Below are positions 28,788-39,908 of a DNA stretch of 54,253 bases, in pieces. Source of the stretch: a virus (Duplodnaviria > Caudoviricetes); IMG/VR virus record IMGVR_UViG_3300017589_000044, positions 1 to 54,253 of that record; one strand, given 5' to 3'. The position numbers and the translations under genes are program-made. The notes under the pieces are model-generated. The model saw only the letters and a program-made list of their open reading frames with translations. It ran no database searches and had not been told where the DNA came from. Position 1 is the first letter of the stretch; the number at the start of each line of letters is the position of its first letter.

Positions 28788-29639
28788 ATGAATGAATTGA
28801 AAATTAACGGGACACAGTCTTTTATGAATCTTGAAATTCCAATTATTGAAGGTGGTTTTGGAAATGGTCGCAAATGTGTATTAGCAAAAACCATTTCAGA
28901 AATTCATGAAACACCATTGAAAAGAATAAATGAATTAATTAGTGAAAACATAGATGAATTTGAAGAAAATATTGATATTATTGATTTGAAAAACTCGGTC
29001 GGTACTAGCGACCCACTTTTAAATAATCATATATTAACAAAACAGTCAATTTCAAACAGTAAAAATATCTACATTTTATCAGAGCAAGGCTATATGGCTT
29101 TAATTTCTCTTATGCGTACAGAAAAATCAAAAGAAATACGAAAACAATTTAGAAGAGAATATTTTTCAATGAGAGAAATTGTAAATTCATTAGAACAAGA
29201 GAAAGCCAGTTTACTCCTTACAATCTATACTGGTGGACAAGATGGAATTTTAGCTAGTAAAAAATTATCTGAAATTGAAGTAAAAGAAGCAACCACTCCA
29301 CTATTGAGTCAAATTGAAGAACAAAAACCAATGGTTGATTTTGCAAATCATGTTACAAATTCAAGTGATTCTATTGATATTGGAGAACTATCAAAGTTGG
29401 CAAATAAAGAAAATATTAAGATTGGTAGAAATAGATTATTTGAATTTCTTAGAAAAAACAAAATGTTGATGGATAATAATATTCCATACCAGAGATATAT
29501 TGATAATGGATATTTCAAGGTGATTGAGACAACTAAATCAACACCGTATGGAGACAAAACTTTCTGTAAAACATTAGTTCAAGGAAAAGGTCAAATGGCT
29601 ATTATCGAAAGATTAAGAAATAACAAAGAGGTGATTTAA
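28788..29639 (+). CDS. ORF6N plus KilAC (ANT) antirepressor
   Basis: EGGFG...IYILSEQGY N-domain; QKPMVDFA...IGRNRLFEFLR...PYQRYID...KGQ KilAC. Confidence 0.85.
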   Translation: MNELKINGTQSFMNLEIPIIEGGFGNGRKCVLAKTISEIHETPLKRINELISENIDEFEENIDIIDLKNSVGTSDPLLNNHILTKQSISNSKNIYILSEQGYMALISLMRTEKSKEIRKQFRREYFSMREIVNSLEQEKASLLLTIYTGGQDGILASKKLSEIEVKEATTPLLSQIEEQKPMVDFANHVTNSSDSIDIGELSKLANKENIKIGRNRLFEFLRKNKMLMDNNIPYQRYIDNGYFKVIETTKSTPYGDKTFCKTLVQGKGQMAIIERLRNNKEVI

Positions 29640-30098
29640 TTGGTTGTTAAAAAACGAGGAAAATATAATATAGATAATTCTTCATCTGGTAAAAAGAAAA
29701 GAACATTTAATGGTGATTTATTTGACTCATTAACAGAGTTACATTATTTAAAAGAAGTTATTTTACCATTGATAGAAACTGGAGAAGTTGTTTCTTATGA
29801 ACGACAGATACCATACATATTGCAAGAAGGATTTGTAAATTTTGAAGGAAAGAAAATCTTACCAATTAAATATATTGCGGATTATGTTGTTACTTATTCT
29901 GATGGTCATGTTGAAGTGATAGATGTGAAAGGAAATCCAGACCAAACCAGCCGTATTAAGCGGAAGCTTTATCAGAAAAGATATCCAGATACAATTTATT
30001 ACTGGATGGTCAGAAATCTTTCACGAGGTGGTTGGCAGAGATATGAAGAATTAGAACAGAAAAAGAAACTTGAAAAGAAAGCGAAAAAGTTGGCTTAA
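29640..30098 (+). CDS. DUF1064-like PD-(D/E)xK nuclease
   Basis: FDSLTE...Q..Y.LQ..F...YIADY...VIDVKG. Confidence 0.8.
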   Translation: MVVKKRGKYNIDNSSSGKKKRTFNGDLFDSLTELHYLKEVILPLIETGEVVSYERQIPYILQEGFVNFEGKKILPIKYIADYVVTYSDGHVEVIDVKGNPDQTSRIKRKLYQKRYPDTIYYWMVRNLSRGGWQRYEELEQKKKLEKKAKKLA

Positions 30099-30117
30099 AT
30101 ATTATGGAGGTAATTTT

Positions 30118-30630
30118 ATGATTAAATTAACATTTAAAGGAAAAGAAATCGAAGTAAAAGAAAGATTGACATTAGAAGAATCTAGGAGATTTGTAAATTG
30201 TGTAAAAGGTGAAGTTACATTTGATATCTATTCTCCCCTATCTCGAAAATTGTCCGTTGCAACTAATTTCATGAGGCTGTATACGAATATAGAAGAAGTT
30301 GGAGAAGAAGAATTTTATCAGGAATTGACTGAATATGAAAACTTTATTGAGACGGTAAAAAGAAATGAGTTATTTAATAAAGACCAATTTGAAAATATTC
30401 TTTGTGCTACATATGAAGAAATTGAATTTGAAAAAGAAAAATTATTGCACACTTCTAAATTAGATGAATTATTAGAAACAGTTAACGATATTTTAATTGA
30501 TATTCATGACAAACTTGATTTCGAGATGATAATGAAAGTAGCACAAAAATTATCAAATATGGGAAATATCAATCAAGGTGAAATGATTAAAGTGATGGTT
30601 GAAATGATTACTAAAAAAGCTGGTGAATAA
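30118..30630 (+). CDS. Tail-region hypothetical protein
   Basis: RBS GGAGG and ATG 30118. Confidence 0.65.
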   Translation: MIKLTFKGKEIEVKERLTLEESRRFVNCVKGEVTFDIYSPLSRKLSVATNFMRLYTNIEEVGEEEFYQELTEYENFIETVKRNELFNKDQFENILCATYEEIEFEKEKLLHTSKLDELLETVNDILIDIHDKLDFEMIMKVAQKLSNMGNINQGEMIKVMVEMITKKAGE

Positions 30631-30632
30631 TC

Positions 30633-31085
30633 GTGAAGATTTCCAATACGAAAATCACATCTACTGTTGAGTTGGCAAATGCAGTTGAAAAACAGATTTA
30701 TACTTGGTTGGAATCAAAGGCAACATTGATCAAGAAACAGTATATTGAAGAATTTTTGAATAGTGAATTTTATTCACAGTTCACACCGAAAATCTATCAG
30801 AGAACTTATCAGATTATTTCTTCTGCTGTTTCAACGAATGTAAAAAAAGTTGGTGGTTTTTATGAGATTGAAGTTTATTTAGATGACACTATGGCTGATT
30901 ATCAAGACGATACTATTGATGTCTGGTCTGGAATGGCTCAGGGCTTACGAGGGTATACAGGAGTTCAGACAGATGGCAGATTTTGGGAAGAGTTGCAGAC
31001 ACAACTTGGACATGGTGGAAAATATGATTTATACGCAGATTTTAAAATGTATTTAGGTGGTAAAGGAAACTTTAAGATTAAGTAG
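30633..31085 (+). CDS. Neck/tail completion-like protein
   Basis: FYSQFTPKIYQRTY motif; synteny. Confidence 0.55.
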   Translation: MKISNTKITSTVELANAVEKQIYTWLESKATLIKKQYIEEFLNSEFYSQFTPKIYQRTYQIISSAVSTNVKKVGGFYEIEVYLDDTMADYQDDTIDVWSGMAQGLRGYTGVQTDGRFWEELQTQLGHGGKYDLYADFKMYLGGKGNFKIK

Positions 31086-31099
31086 AGAGGAACGATTTA

Positions 31100-31165
31100 T
31101 TGAATAAACAATATGAAGATGTACTTGTTGTTAAAGGTGATTTAGCAAGGAAATTTAAACAATAG
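31100..31165 (+). pseudogene. Truncated DUF5659-like small gene
   Basis: RBS GAGAGG; MNKQYEDVLVVKGDLARKFKQ* resembles the N-terminus of 31940-32128. Confidence 0.35.
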
Positions 31166-31200
31166 AGATATTTTATATACATCAAACTAAAGGAGATTTT

Positions 31201-31935
31201 ATGTACACAGATGAAGTTATTTTTAATAAAGGAACTAATTTTATAAAACTATACAGCGATGTAATTGAAGAGTTAGAAAGCAGACTTACTACGGTAGAAT
31301 TTGCTACGACAATAAAGATTGTTAAATTTATTTGTTATTTTGATTGTATTATTAGAACATCTGGGCGAAGGAATGGAAACGTATTATCAGTAAAACAACT
31401 TGCTAAAAAAATGAATATTCCATACGACACGTTTAGAAAGACAATGGCTTCTCTGGTTAAAAAGGAAGTTTTTAAAAGGTGTATCGTACCATCCACTGAT
31501 AAATCAACAGTATCTTTCACTGCTATTATCTGCAATCCTTGGATTTTTAGTAAGGGAGATAAAATAAGTATGTCTATATTAGATTTATTTGCAAATAGTT
31601 CATGGAGGTATATTTGTGATGATGCCGAATCAACAGATAGAAATTCATATGAATATTTAAAATGGAAAGAAAATGTTTTAAAGAGAGATTCTTATAAATG
31701 TCAATGTTGTGGGAATTCTGATGAATTGGAAGTACACCACAAAGAAAATTATGCTGATAATGAAGATTTAAGAGTATCAGTAGATAATGGAATATCATTA
31801 TGTAGAAATTGTCACAATAGTAAAGTTTCTGGAAGTTTTCATAATACATATGGAACAAGACATAATACAACGAAGCAATTAGAAGAATATATTTCTAAAA
31901 ATAAATCAACTAAAAATAATAACAGAGAGGAATGA
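31201..31935 (+). CDS. RepL-like winged-HTH fused to an HNH endonuclease
   Basis: N-domain paralogous to 32143-32700; RDSYKCQCC...LEVHH...NGISLCRNCH...FH HNH. Confidence 0.85.
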   Translation: MYTDEVIFNKGTNFIKLYSDVIEELESRLTTVEFATTIKIVKFICYFDCIIRTSGRRNGNVLSVKQLAKKMNIPYDTFRKTMASLVKKEVFKRCIVPSTDKSTVSFTAIICNPWIFSKGDKISMSILDLFANSSWRYICDDAESTDRNSYEYLKWKENVLKRDSYKCQCCGNSDELEVHHKENYADNEDLRVSVDNGISLCRNCHNSKVSGSFHNTYGTRHNTTKQLEEYISKNKSTKNNNREE

Positions 31936-31939
31936 TCTT

Positions 31940-32128
31940 ATGGAATGTGTAAATCAAGTAGTAATAAAACCTTCAGTTGCAAAGAAATTATTAAATATGG
32001 GTTTTCAAATTGTAGATATTAGACCACAGAAACAAACAGATGGAACAGTTGATTATACTAGGAGTGTGTTTATATTTCAAGGAAAAGAAGGACTATCGAA
32101 TGTTATTAAAGTCCTTACGTCAAAATAA
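31940..32128 (+). CDS. DUF5659-like small protein
   Basis: VAKKLLNMGFQIVDIRP...RSVFIF; RBS GAGAGG. Confidence 0.7.
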   Translation: MECVNQVVIKPSVAKKLLNMGFQIVDIRPQKQTDGTVDYTRSVFIFQGKEGLSNVIKVLTSK

Positions 32129-32142
32129 GGAGGATAATCTAA

Positions 32143-32700
32143 ATGGTAACTAAAGAAGTAAGACAAAAAGTGGCAGTCGTAGTATCATGTGAAACTGGAG
32201 AAATTATTAACGATATATACGAAAAAGATAAGATTGTACCGTATAAAGAAGAAGAGAAAAAGTTAAAATATATGAATTCACACGAAATGAATTTTAACAA
32301 AGGAGTGAGTTTTATAAAACTATATGATAAATCCATTACAACTTTACGAAAGAATCTGACTCCAACTGAGTTCACATTTGCTATATCTTTGACAGAATTG
32401 GTTTCCTATGAAGACTGTATTTTAAGGACTAATGGTCATGGCAATGGTAAGGTTTTAGATATGAAAGATTTGTCAGAGATACTTGATATAAATTACAGTG
32501 TTGTTAGACGAGTAGTTTCTTCTTTAAAAAAGAAAGGAGTAATTGGATGTCATGATACTGGGAGTATTTCAAAAGACATTGATACAAAATTAAATAAAGT
32601 ATATACGGCAAATCCATACATATATTTTCGTGGTGTAAATGTAAATAAAACTGTATCAAATTTTTATAAGAATAGTGGATGGAATTCAATAGCAGAATAA
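32143..32700 (+). CDS. RepL-like winged-HTH protein
   Basis: FIKLY...DLSEILDINYSVVRRVVSSLKKKGVI...NPYIYFRG. Confidence 0.75.
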   Translation: MVTKEVRQKVAVVVSCETGEIINDIYEKDKIVPYKEEEKKLKYMNSHEMNFNKGVSFIKLYDKSITTLRKNLTPTEFTFAISLTELVSYEDCILRTNGHGNGKVLDMKDLSEILDINYSVVRRVVSSLKKKGVIGCHDTGSISKDIDTKLNKVYTANPYIYFRGVNVNKTVSNFYKNSGWNSIAE

Positions 32701-33039
32701 GAGGAGTTAATTGTGCGAATATAACGGTTTATCACTATATTTTAAGCATTATTAACAGTTTTAATGTGTCTTGTTTTAAAACATAAATTGATATATCTGT
32801 CTTATTTTAAAACAAATGTTTTACTATTGAAAAAATTTCACAAATATGAGATTTATCTCAATAATTGAGACTTTTACACAAGCACAATAAAAGTAAGATT
32901 TGAATAGTGCTTTCGACTGTATTTCGATTTTGTGCTTATAGATTAGACTGTATTTCTAGTCTCTTTCAATTAAGAGGGTTTAACTGCCCTCTTTTTATTA
33001 TGTAAAAATATTAAAAGAATTTTGAAGGAGTGATTTATT

Positions 33040-33228
33040 ATAAAAAGTTCAAAATTATTTCCATGTTATTCTATTCCTATGCGTGATTATTTCACATCAA
33101 AAGGAATTAGATATGAATTAGTAGGCTTACATCCGAAGTCAAATGATATGTTTTGGGTGTATATAAAAACAATTGAATTAGATAAAGCAATGCAAGAGTG
33201 GTCTGATAATAAGATTACTCTTTTTTAA
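33040..33228 (+). CDS. DUF5659-like small protein (missed by the ORF track; ATA/ATT start)
   Basis: RBS GAAGGAG; KSSKLFPCYSIPMRDYFTSKGIRYELVGLHPKSNDMFWVYIKTIELDKAMQEW. Confidence 0.7.
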   Translation: MKSSKLFPCYSIPMRDYFTSKGIRYELVGLHPKSNDMFWVYIKTIELDKAMQEWSDNKITLF

Positions 33229-33267
33229 TGTGAATTTTTAAAGTGAAAAGGAATGGTGAAATAAGTT

Positions 33268-34563
33268 TTGGGAAAGAAAGTATTTTTAGACATAGACGAT
33301 AAAAAAGTTTTAGCAACAGATGTTACTTATGATGAATTGGTATCATTATACAAAATATACATAGAAAAATATGGGAAAGTTCCAACATCAAATTGCTGTG
33401 ATTCCAAACATAATATGCCACAGCAAAGAATTATAAATCGAGTTTTAAAAGATGCAAATATCACTTTTAATGATTTCGTATTACAATTTGGGAAAGTATC
33501 TCATGTTAGAAGTGAAAGTAAAAATTATGATTTATTCTTAAACAAGTATAAACTAGTCAGCAAAGATGTTGGACACGCATTAAACCAAAAAGAGTTAACA
33601 AATAATAGTTATGGTCTCCCTAGTTCTGGTTGGTTTGTTCAACATTGCAAAGATGAATCAGTAAAAACATTTGATGAATTTGTCTTGTGGTGTGGATTTG
33701 ACAGTAATAAATTAAAAAACGATGATGAAGATGTAGCATTAAAATTAAAGGAATTAGAAATTAAATTAGGAAGACCTATAACGGGTGAAGATGTAACTTT
33801 AAGCAATGTTGGGTATACAATGATTGTGGTAAATAGAATTTGGGGAGGTTTAATTAATGCAAAGGAAGAATTGGGATTAATGAAAACAAAGCCATGTCAG
33901 CCAAAATCTTTTGAATTCTATCAGAATAGACTAAAACGAGTAATAGAAAATATTCAAAAAGATAACAATAGAAAATTTATATCATGGGAAGATATTGAGA
34001 ATCCTAAATATAGTGATGGTGATATTCGACCTACAAATCATAAAACATATTCTTATGCTTTCAAAAGAGGTGGAATAGATTTATTTGCATATATAAAGAG
34101 TCTTGGATTTCAAATGAATCCAAGTGAATTCAGTCACCGCTATACATTTGATGACGGAGAAAGAGTTGTTTCAAGGTACGAATACGATTTTTCGGATTTT
34201 ATCAGGAACGAGATTGGACTTACATATAACAGAAATTATAAAAGAGATGTCTTGTATCGTAGTTTCGCAGACATAAAAACTAAATCGAATTGTGATTATG
34301 TTATTAATATATCTGGGATTGATTTATACATAGAAATAGCAGGGATAATAAATAATACAAAGAAAGAAGATTGGAGAACAAAGGAATTTTCATCTAATAC
34401 AGAAAAGCTATATAAAGATAAAATGATATTTAAAGAAGGATTATTATTGAAATATAATAAACCTTTTTTATTTTTATTCCCAAATGATATGAAAGATGAA
34501 AGTTATAAGAATAAATTTATGAAATTTGTCAAAGAAAACACGCGAATGAATGTTTCTTTATAA
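33268..34563 (+). CDS. Homing-endonuclease-associated-repeat protein with C-terminal PD-(D/E)xK-like nuclease
   Basis: Repeats such as LGRPITGEDV...WGGLINAKEELGL; SRYE...CDYVI...YIEIAG. Confidence 0.65.
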   Translation: MGKKVFLDIDDKKVLATDVTYDELVSLYKIYIEKYGKVPTSNCCDSKHNMPQQRIINRVLKDANITFNDFVLQFGKVSHVRSESKNYDLFLNKYKLVSKDVGHALNQKELTNNSYGLPSSGWFVQHCKDESVKTFDEFVLWCGFDSNKLKNDDEDVALKLKELEIKLGRPITGEDVTLSNVGYTMIVVNRIWGGLINAKEELGLMKTKPCQPKSFEFYQNRLKRVIENIQKDNNRKFISWEDIENPKYSDGDIRPTNHKTYSYAFKRGGIDLFAYIKSLGFQMNPSEFSHRYTFDDGERVVSRYEYDFSDFIRNEIGLTYNRNYKRDVLYRSFADIKTKSNCDYVINISGIDLYIEIAGIINNTKKEDWRTKEFSSNTEKLYKDKMIFKEGLLLKYNKPFLFLFPNDMKDESYKNKFMKFVKENTRMNVSL

Positions 34564-34581
34564 ATAAATATATGAAAGGAA

Positions 34582-35598
34582 GTGGATGATTTGGCTAGAG
34601 GTAGAGTATACAATAGGACTTTTACTCCAGAAAAATGGGAAAAAGTTTCTAAGAAAAACAAAGACATATTAACTGATTTCTTAGCAGAATATAGACAGCG
34701 TAAAAAAGCAAAAGGAACGATAGATGGATATTTTCAAGATTTGAGAATATTGTTCATTTATATTATGGAGAATTTAGATAATAGATGTATTTTAGAATTA
34801 AACAAAAAAGACTTTCGTGGAGTTGTATTGAGTTTGTCAGAAGATATGGATTTATCTACAAGTAGAGTAAATAGGATGAAAAGTGCTGTGAATAGTATGC
34901 TTACGTTTTGCGAGGAAGATGATGATTATGAGTATGAAGTAAACTATGCTAAAAAAGTAGCAGGACTTCCAAAACAAAGAGTTAGAGATAACGAAGACGA
35001 CTTCTTTTTTACATATGATGAATTCATAAAAGTACGAGATATTTTAGTTGAAAAAGAAGATTGGCAAAATGTAGTCTTATGGTCTATTGGATTTGATTCT
35101 GCTGGAAGAAAAAATGAGTTATTTCAAATTGACAAACATAAATTACTAGATGGAAATAAAACTAATATTGTTATTGGGAAAAGAAGTAAAAAGTTCCCTC
35201 TTGTGTATTTAGACGATACAAAAGAATTTATTAGAAAATATCTTGAAGTACGTGGTGATGATGAGATAGATTCTTTATGGATAAAAGGTACTGGAAAAGA
35301 TAAAACTTCTGTCACTCCTAATTCTTTATATGACAGAATCGTATCAATATCAAAAATATTATCTAAAGTGCGCGGTGATGAATGTAATATTTTCGTCCAT
35401 ACAATGCGACACGCTAGAGTTGAGTGTTTATTGCAAGGGGCAGATGACAGACTTAAAAATGCAGACGGTACTAATAGAAAGTATAGTATTGATGAAGTAA
35501 GAGTGTTTTGTCATCATGGTGATATTTCCACAACAGCCAGTTATGCAAAAGATCACTCAGAAGATACCATTAATGATATGTTTGGAATAATTGTCTGA
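34582..35598 (+). CDS. Tyrosine recombinase (YomM-like)
   Basis: Catalytic R (SAGRKNEL), K, HTMRH, H and Y (HGDISTTASY). Confidence 0.9.
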   Translation: MDDLARGRVYNRTFTPEKWEKVSKKNKDILTDFLAEYRQRKKAKGTIDGYFQDLRILFIYIMENLDNRCILELNKKDFRGVVLSLSEDMDLSTSRVNRMKSAVNSMLTFCEEDDDYEYEVNYAKKVAGLPKQRVRDNEDDFFFTYDEFIKVRDILVEKEDWQNVVLWSIGFDSAGRKNELFQIDKHKLLDGNKTNIVIGKRSKKFPLVYLDDTKEFIRKYLEVRGDDEIDSLWIKGTGKDKTSVTPNSLYDRIVSISKILSKVRGDECNIFVHTMRHARVECLLQGADDRLKNADGTNRKYSIDEVRVFCHHGDISTTASYAKDHSEDTINDMFGIIV

Positions 35599-35847
35599 CT
35601 TATAACCCTACCCTACATTTTTCAACATAATGCACAAATAAATTACAAAATTCCACAATTTTTTAGCATATCATATTTTAATAATCAAATGTTCAAAATA
35701 AAGTAAATATTTCTATTATACCAAAGAAACTGTATGGCAAACCATACAATTAATATGCCATAATTTACCAGTAGTCTACTTCAATTAAATTACCTATACT
35801 TTATGTTATTTAAAACTCATTTCGTAATAATATATAGGAGACGAAAA

Positions 35848-36054
35848 ATGTTTAGAACAAATCAATTGCGGAGAATAATGGGTGAACGGAAATTAAGTTT
35901 TAGACAATTAGCAAGAATGTCTGGAATTAGTTCAGGAGCTTTAAATCAAATAGAAAGGTGTGAAGAAGACCCAAAACAATCTACAATGATTGCAATTAGT
36001 AGAGCATTGAAACTTGACGTAACAGAAGTATTTAATTTGAACTGGCGAAAATAA
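35848..36054 (+). CDS. XRE-family HTH regulator
   Basis: LSFRQLARMSGISSGALNQIE; RBS AGGAG and ATG 35848. Confidence 0.85.
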   Translation: MFRTNQLRRIMGERKLSFRQLARMSGISSGALNQIERCEEDPKQSTMIAISRALKLDVTEVFNLNWRK

Positions 36055-36078
36055 AAGTGATTAGGGGAGATATTTGAT

Positions 36079-36273
36079 ATGTCAACAAAATGTGGGGTAA
36101 AAATTATAAAAGTGATAGGATATGTGGAAGGTATTATAGAAACAAGAATAATTGAAGAAGCAAATAGGTCTACTTATAATGAAGCAACACAGTTTATTGA
36201 GTCACACCATCATGATAATATTAGTTGGAAGATAATGCCATTAATATTTGAAAGAAGTGATTTTTCGCTATAA
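36079..36273 (+). CDS. Small hypothetical protein
   Basis: RBS AGGGGAG; terminator-like hairpin 36303-36333. Confidence 0.6.
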   Translation: MSTKCGVKIIKVIGYVEGIIETRIIEEANRSTYNEATQFIESHHHDNISWKIMPLIFERSDFSL

Positions 36274-36363
36274 CAGGTAAATACATAGCATCATTTAAAA
36301 CAGTCATTTTATCCTCGGATAAGGTGGCTTTTTCTATGCAAAAAATTAGAAAGGAGTTGGACA

Positions 36364-38085
36364 ATGGACATTTTTAGTATGCTGATGAAAGTTGGTTTTG
36401 ATAAATCAACAACGGATGCTGAATATAAGAAGTTAATAGTCGAGCTAAAAAAGAATAAATTTGATATAACACCAAGTATTGACTTTGCAAAATCAAAACA
36501 AGAAGCAAAAAAACAGGTTTCTGAAATTGCAAAAATATTTGAGAAAAAGTTAAACCTTGATCCGAAAGATGCCAATAGATATGCTAATCAGTATTATGGC
36601 GAATTATTAAAAGGCATTAAGTCTGTTGAAAAAGAACAAGTAAAATTAAATAGTCTTCAACAGCAAAAAATATCAGATGGTCAGAGTAAATACTATGGAA
36701 GAATAAAAGACAATCTAAAAGAAATATATAATTTAGAGAAGAAACTTCCATCTGCCAAAAAAGAAGAAACAGCAGAAATACGAGATCAGATTAAATTATT
36801 GGAAAAAAGAAATAGTAATAATTATGGAGCGATAGATAGAAAAGGATTAAAAGACAACTCTCTGCAATGGGAAATAAATAACACAAAAGTTCTATATGAA
36901 AGTAGATTAAAAGTAAATAATGCAAAAAATGTAGATACGTCTAATGTTTCAAATATAAAAAAAGAAACAAATGCCGTAAAAGAAAGAATTGCAGCAGAGA
37001 AAAAAGTTCAAACAGAAATACAAAAAAGAAACAGTTTGGAATTACAAAAAGGAAGAACGTCCAGTAATATTGATACATTTGTAAAGCAAAACTCTAAAAT
37101 GTCAAAAGAATCTGTTAATAATTTTAGAGAATTACAGAAAACAATCAATGGAGTTAATGCAAAAGGTCTTCAAGATGTAAACACTCAACTTTCTACTCTT
37201 AAAAACAGAGTAAAAGAAAATGGAGAGATGGGAAGAAACTTTTTCGGTGAACTGAAAAATAATGCTGGGAAAGTAGCGAATTGGCTCGGAGCAACTGGAA
37301 TTATTTTTGCTGGAATTAACGGAATCAGACAGGCTGTTACAGAGTTAAAAGAAGTCGATACAATCTTGACAGAAATATCTAAAACTTCTGATAGAACAGA
37401 ACAGTCCTTGAAAAATCTAGGTGCTAGTTCTGTTGGAGTTGCTAATAAATATGGTGCTACGATTAGCGGATATTTACAAGGTGTCCAAGAAATGTCTAGG
37501 GCTGGTTTTAGCGAGAGTCAAGCAGAAGGATTAGGAGAAGTATCATCTTTAGCACAATCGGCTGGTGATATGACATCAGAATTAGCAAATAAATATTTAA
37601 TTGCTACAAATTTTGCTTATGATTACAAAGGTTCTGTTGAAAAATTAAACGGAGTTTTAGATGCACAGAATCAAATTACAAATAGAAATGCTTTGAATAT
37701 GTCAGACCTTGCAGAAGCAACAAAGGTTTCTGCGTCACAAGCTGCTGACTCTGGAGTTGCAATAGACCAAATGACTGCATCTGTTGGTACAATGATGGCA
37801 GTAACCCAACAAGGTGGTGAAGTTGCTGGTCGTGCATTCAAAGGTATTTTAATGAATATTCAACAAGTCGCTGGAGAAACAGATGATGGTGATATTATTG
37901 ATGAAGAATCATTAAAAAAGGTAGAAGCAAGATTACATTCTGTTGGTGTTGAATCAGAGTACATGAAAGATGGAATAGCCACGCTGAGAGAACCAATGAC
38001 TGTATTGAAAGAATTAGCACAAGTATATAACTCTTTACCAGAGAATAGTGCTGACAAAGCTGGAATTATTGCTGACATTGGTGGC
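36364..38085 (+). CDS. Tape measure protein exon 1 (574 codons)
   Basis: RBS AAAGGAG; TP901-type TMP core (VDTILTEISK, EMSRAGF, GEVAGRAFKGIL); ends ADIGG at the intron 1 5' splice site. Confidence 0.9.
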
Positions 38086-38524
38086 AGAATTTGCCACGTT
38101 ATGCAGAAATGTATAACTAGAACATATTTAAATGCAGGTAATGCCTAAAGCCTTACACCACAATATAAAGGAAACTATTATATGAAGGTTTGAAAACGTA
38201 AGGATGTCACAATGGCTGTTCATGCAACGAAGTACCCTAACGTAATCAATTGATGAAATTGACAGTCAAGTCGAGGGTAAACGCTCAACGACTATTCCCA
38301 TGTAGGGATTTAGAATAAGAATAATGGTGCAAATCCAGAATATCTAAATCATAAGAAGTACGGCACAATCGCAAATGGTGTGGGTGAAATCCCCTTAAAC
38401 GGAAAAAGTATGCTCTTAACAGGTAAAGCTGAAGGTGAAGAAATAGTCTAAACATCACATGAAAGTGTGAGAAGTTGCTAATAAACAACTGGTTAGATGT
38501 TGCGAATCTAATTGAATATAATTG
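38086..38524 (+). ncRNA. Group I intron 1 in TMP (439 nt, ORF-less)
   Basis: P1 GTGGCA/TGCCAC; P2 with GAAA loop; P3 CATATTT/AAGTATG; R CTCAACGACTA 38284-38294; S GAAGAAATAGTC 38437-38448; P9 with GAAA loop; terminal G 38524; P10 ATTT/AAAT; splicing restores IGG|KYRGNQ. Confidence 0.9.
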
Positions 38525-38845
38525 AAATATCGAGGAAATCAACTTTCTGCATTATTGAGCAATTGGGATATGTACGAAAAAATGATGTCCGATTACCAAA
38601 ATTCAGAAGGTTCTGCATTAAATGAAGCATTAAAAACAGCGAATTCTTGGGAAGGTTTACTTAATCAGATTTCCAATAACTGGACTTCTTTTGTTGGAAG
38701 TTTTGTTACTGATGGATTGGCTACTGGTGCACTTAAAACAGTAAATGGATTAACAAAAGGAATAGATTCTCTTGTAAAAAGCCTAGGAGCATTACCAACA
38801 GTAGCTCTGGCTGCTTTCGGGTTTTTAGCTTTCAAGAACATTGGT
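38525..38845 (+). CDS. Tape measure protein exon 2 (107 codons)
   Basis: KYRGNQLSALLSNW...SEGSALNE...KNIG continues the TMP core; no RBS before TTG 38522. Confidence 0.88.
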
Positions 38846-39724
38846 AGGACAAATAGTTGTTCTCTATTCAAAAATAATATAATTGAATATGCCCTTCTTG
38901 CCTAAGAATAAATTCAAAGGTAGGATTGTTTCGTGCTAGTCACACGTTAATGTTCTATAAAATATACCGTAATTGAGATTTACTATGTCTCAGTGCTGGA
39001 ACGATAAATGGAATAAATAGTATTATATGGCTACAACGTAATCAGAAATGATAAGCGTGAATGCACTCTGAAAGGATACCAGTAATGGTAAGAAAACATA
39101 TAATAGTTCATAAGGCGAAAGCCTAAGTGAAATGTCACAAGACTAAACCCACTATCAGCAACGGACTCTTACTTTAGTAGGAAGTGTTCACAGACTAGAA
39201 ACGGTATCGAGTATATAGATAGTTTTATATGCTTGTAATGGATAGTCGAAACGTAGAGTAAACTACCCTCTTGACCGAGGTAAAATCAAAACAGTATTAC
39301 TAACTGTTCTATTTTTTATAGTACGTCAATGACGAAGAAATAGATTAATTTGTAGGTGTGTCACTACCTTAGGTTGGGCGAGTGTGACAAAATAATGGCT
39401 GGCTGTCATCCATCAACTACGGCAAAAAAATAGTAGAAAAAAGACATCTACGCATTGACATTTAAAAACAACAAAAATTAATTATCTAGTTCTAATTGAA
39501 CGTTGGTGAACTAAATTCACTTCTTCTATAAGAGCCATTAACTTGGCTATTATTTATATGCGTAAATATAGTACAAAATGATTTAAAAATTAAACTTCTC
39601 ATGTGTAAGTTTTTTTAAAAATGTAGAATATTATAAAAATTTATGTTAATTTTTCACAATTCGGCAAAAAACAACCATAAAAAGTGTTAAAATGGTAGCA
39701 AAAGACGTAGAGGAGTGATATAGT

Positions 39725-39907
39725 ATGAGTACAGAGGATTACAAAAAAATAGATCAGGGGGATGATAATATGGGAGCAGAAGCAATAACTAGGAATTTTG
39801 TATATGAAATGAAAGTTGATAAGAATTCAACGAAGAAAGAACCAACAGTAGGTAGAGATATAATCGAGGAAGCTAAAAAGGTTTTATTGAAGTATAAGGT
39901 GAAATAG
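39725..39907 (+). CDS. Small partner of the GNAT protein (putative antitoxin); intron cargo
   Basis: RBS GAGGAG (alternative start 39770); 1 nt upstream of the GNAT gene. Confidence 0.65.
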   Translation: MSTEDYKKIDQGDDNMGAEAITRNFVYEMKVDKNSTKKEPTVGRDIIEEAKKVLLKYKVK

Positions 39908-39908
39908 T

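Noticed and set aside
30561-30567. G GGA AAT slippery heptamer for a tail-chaperone -1 frameshift
   Set aside because: The -1 frame hits TGA within a few codons and cannot join the next ORF
38086-38905. C-terminal tails of ORFs 36364-38148 and 38522-38905, and ORF 38285-38542(-)
   Set aside because: Read-through into intron sequence, or antisense to the ribozyme core
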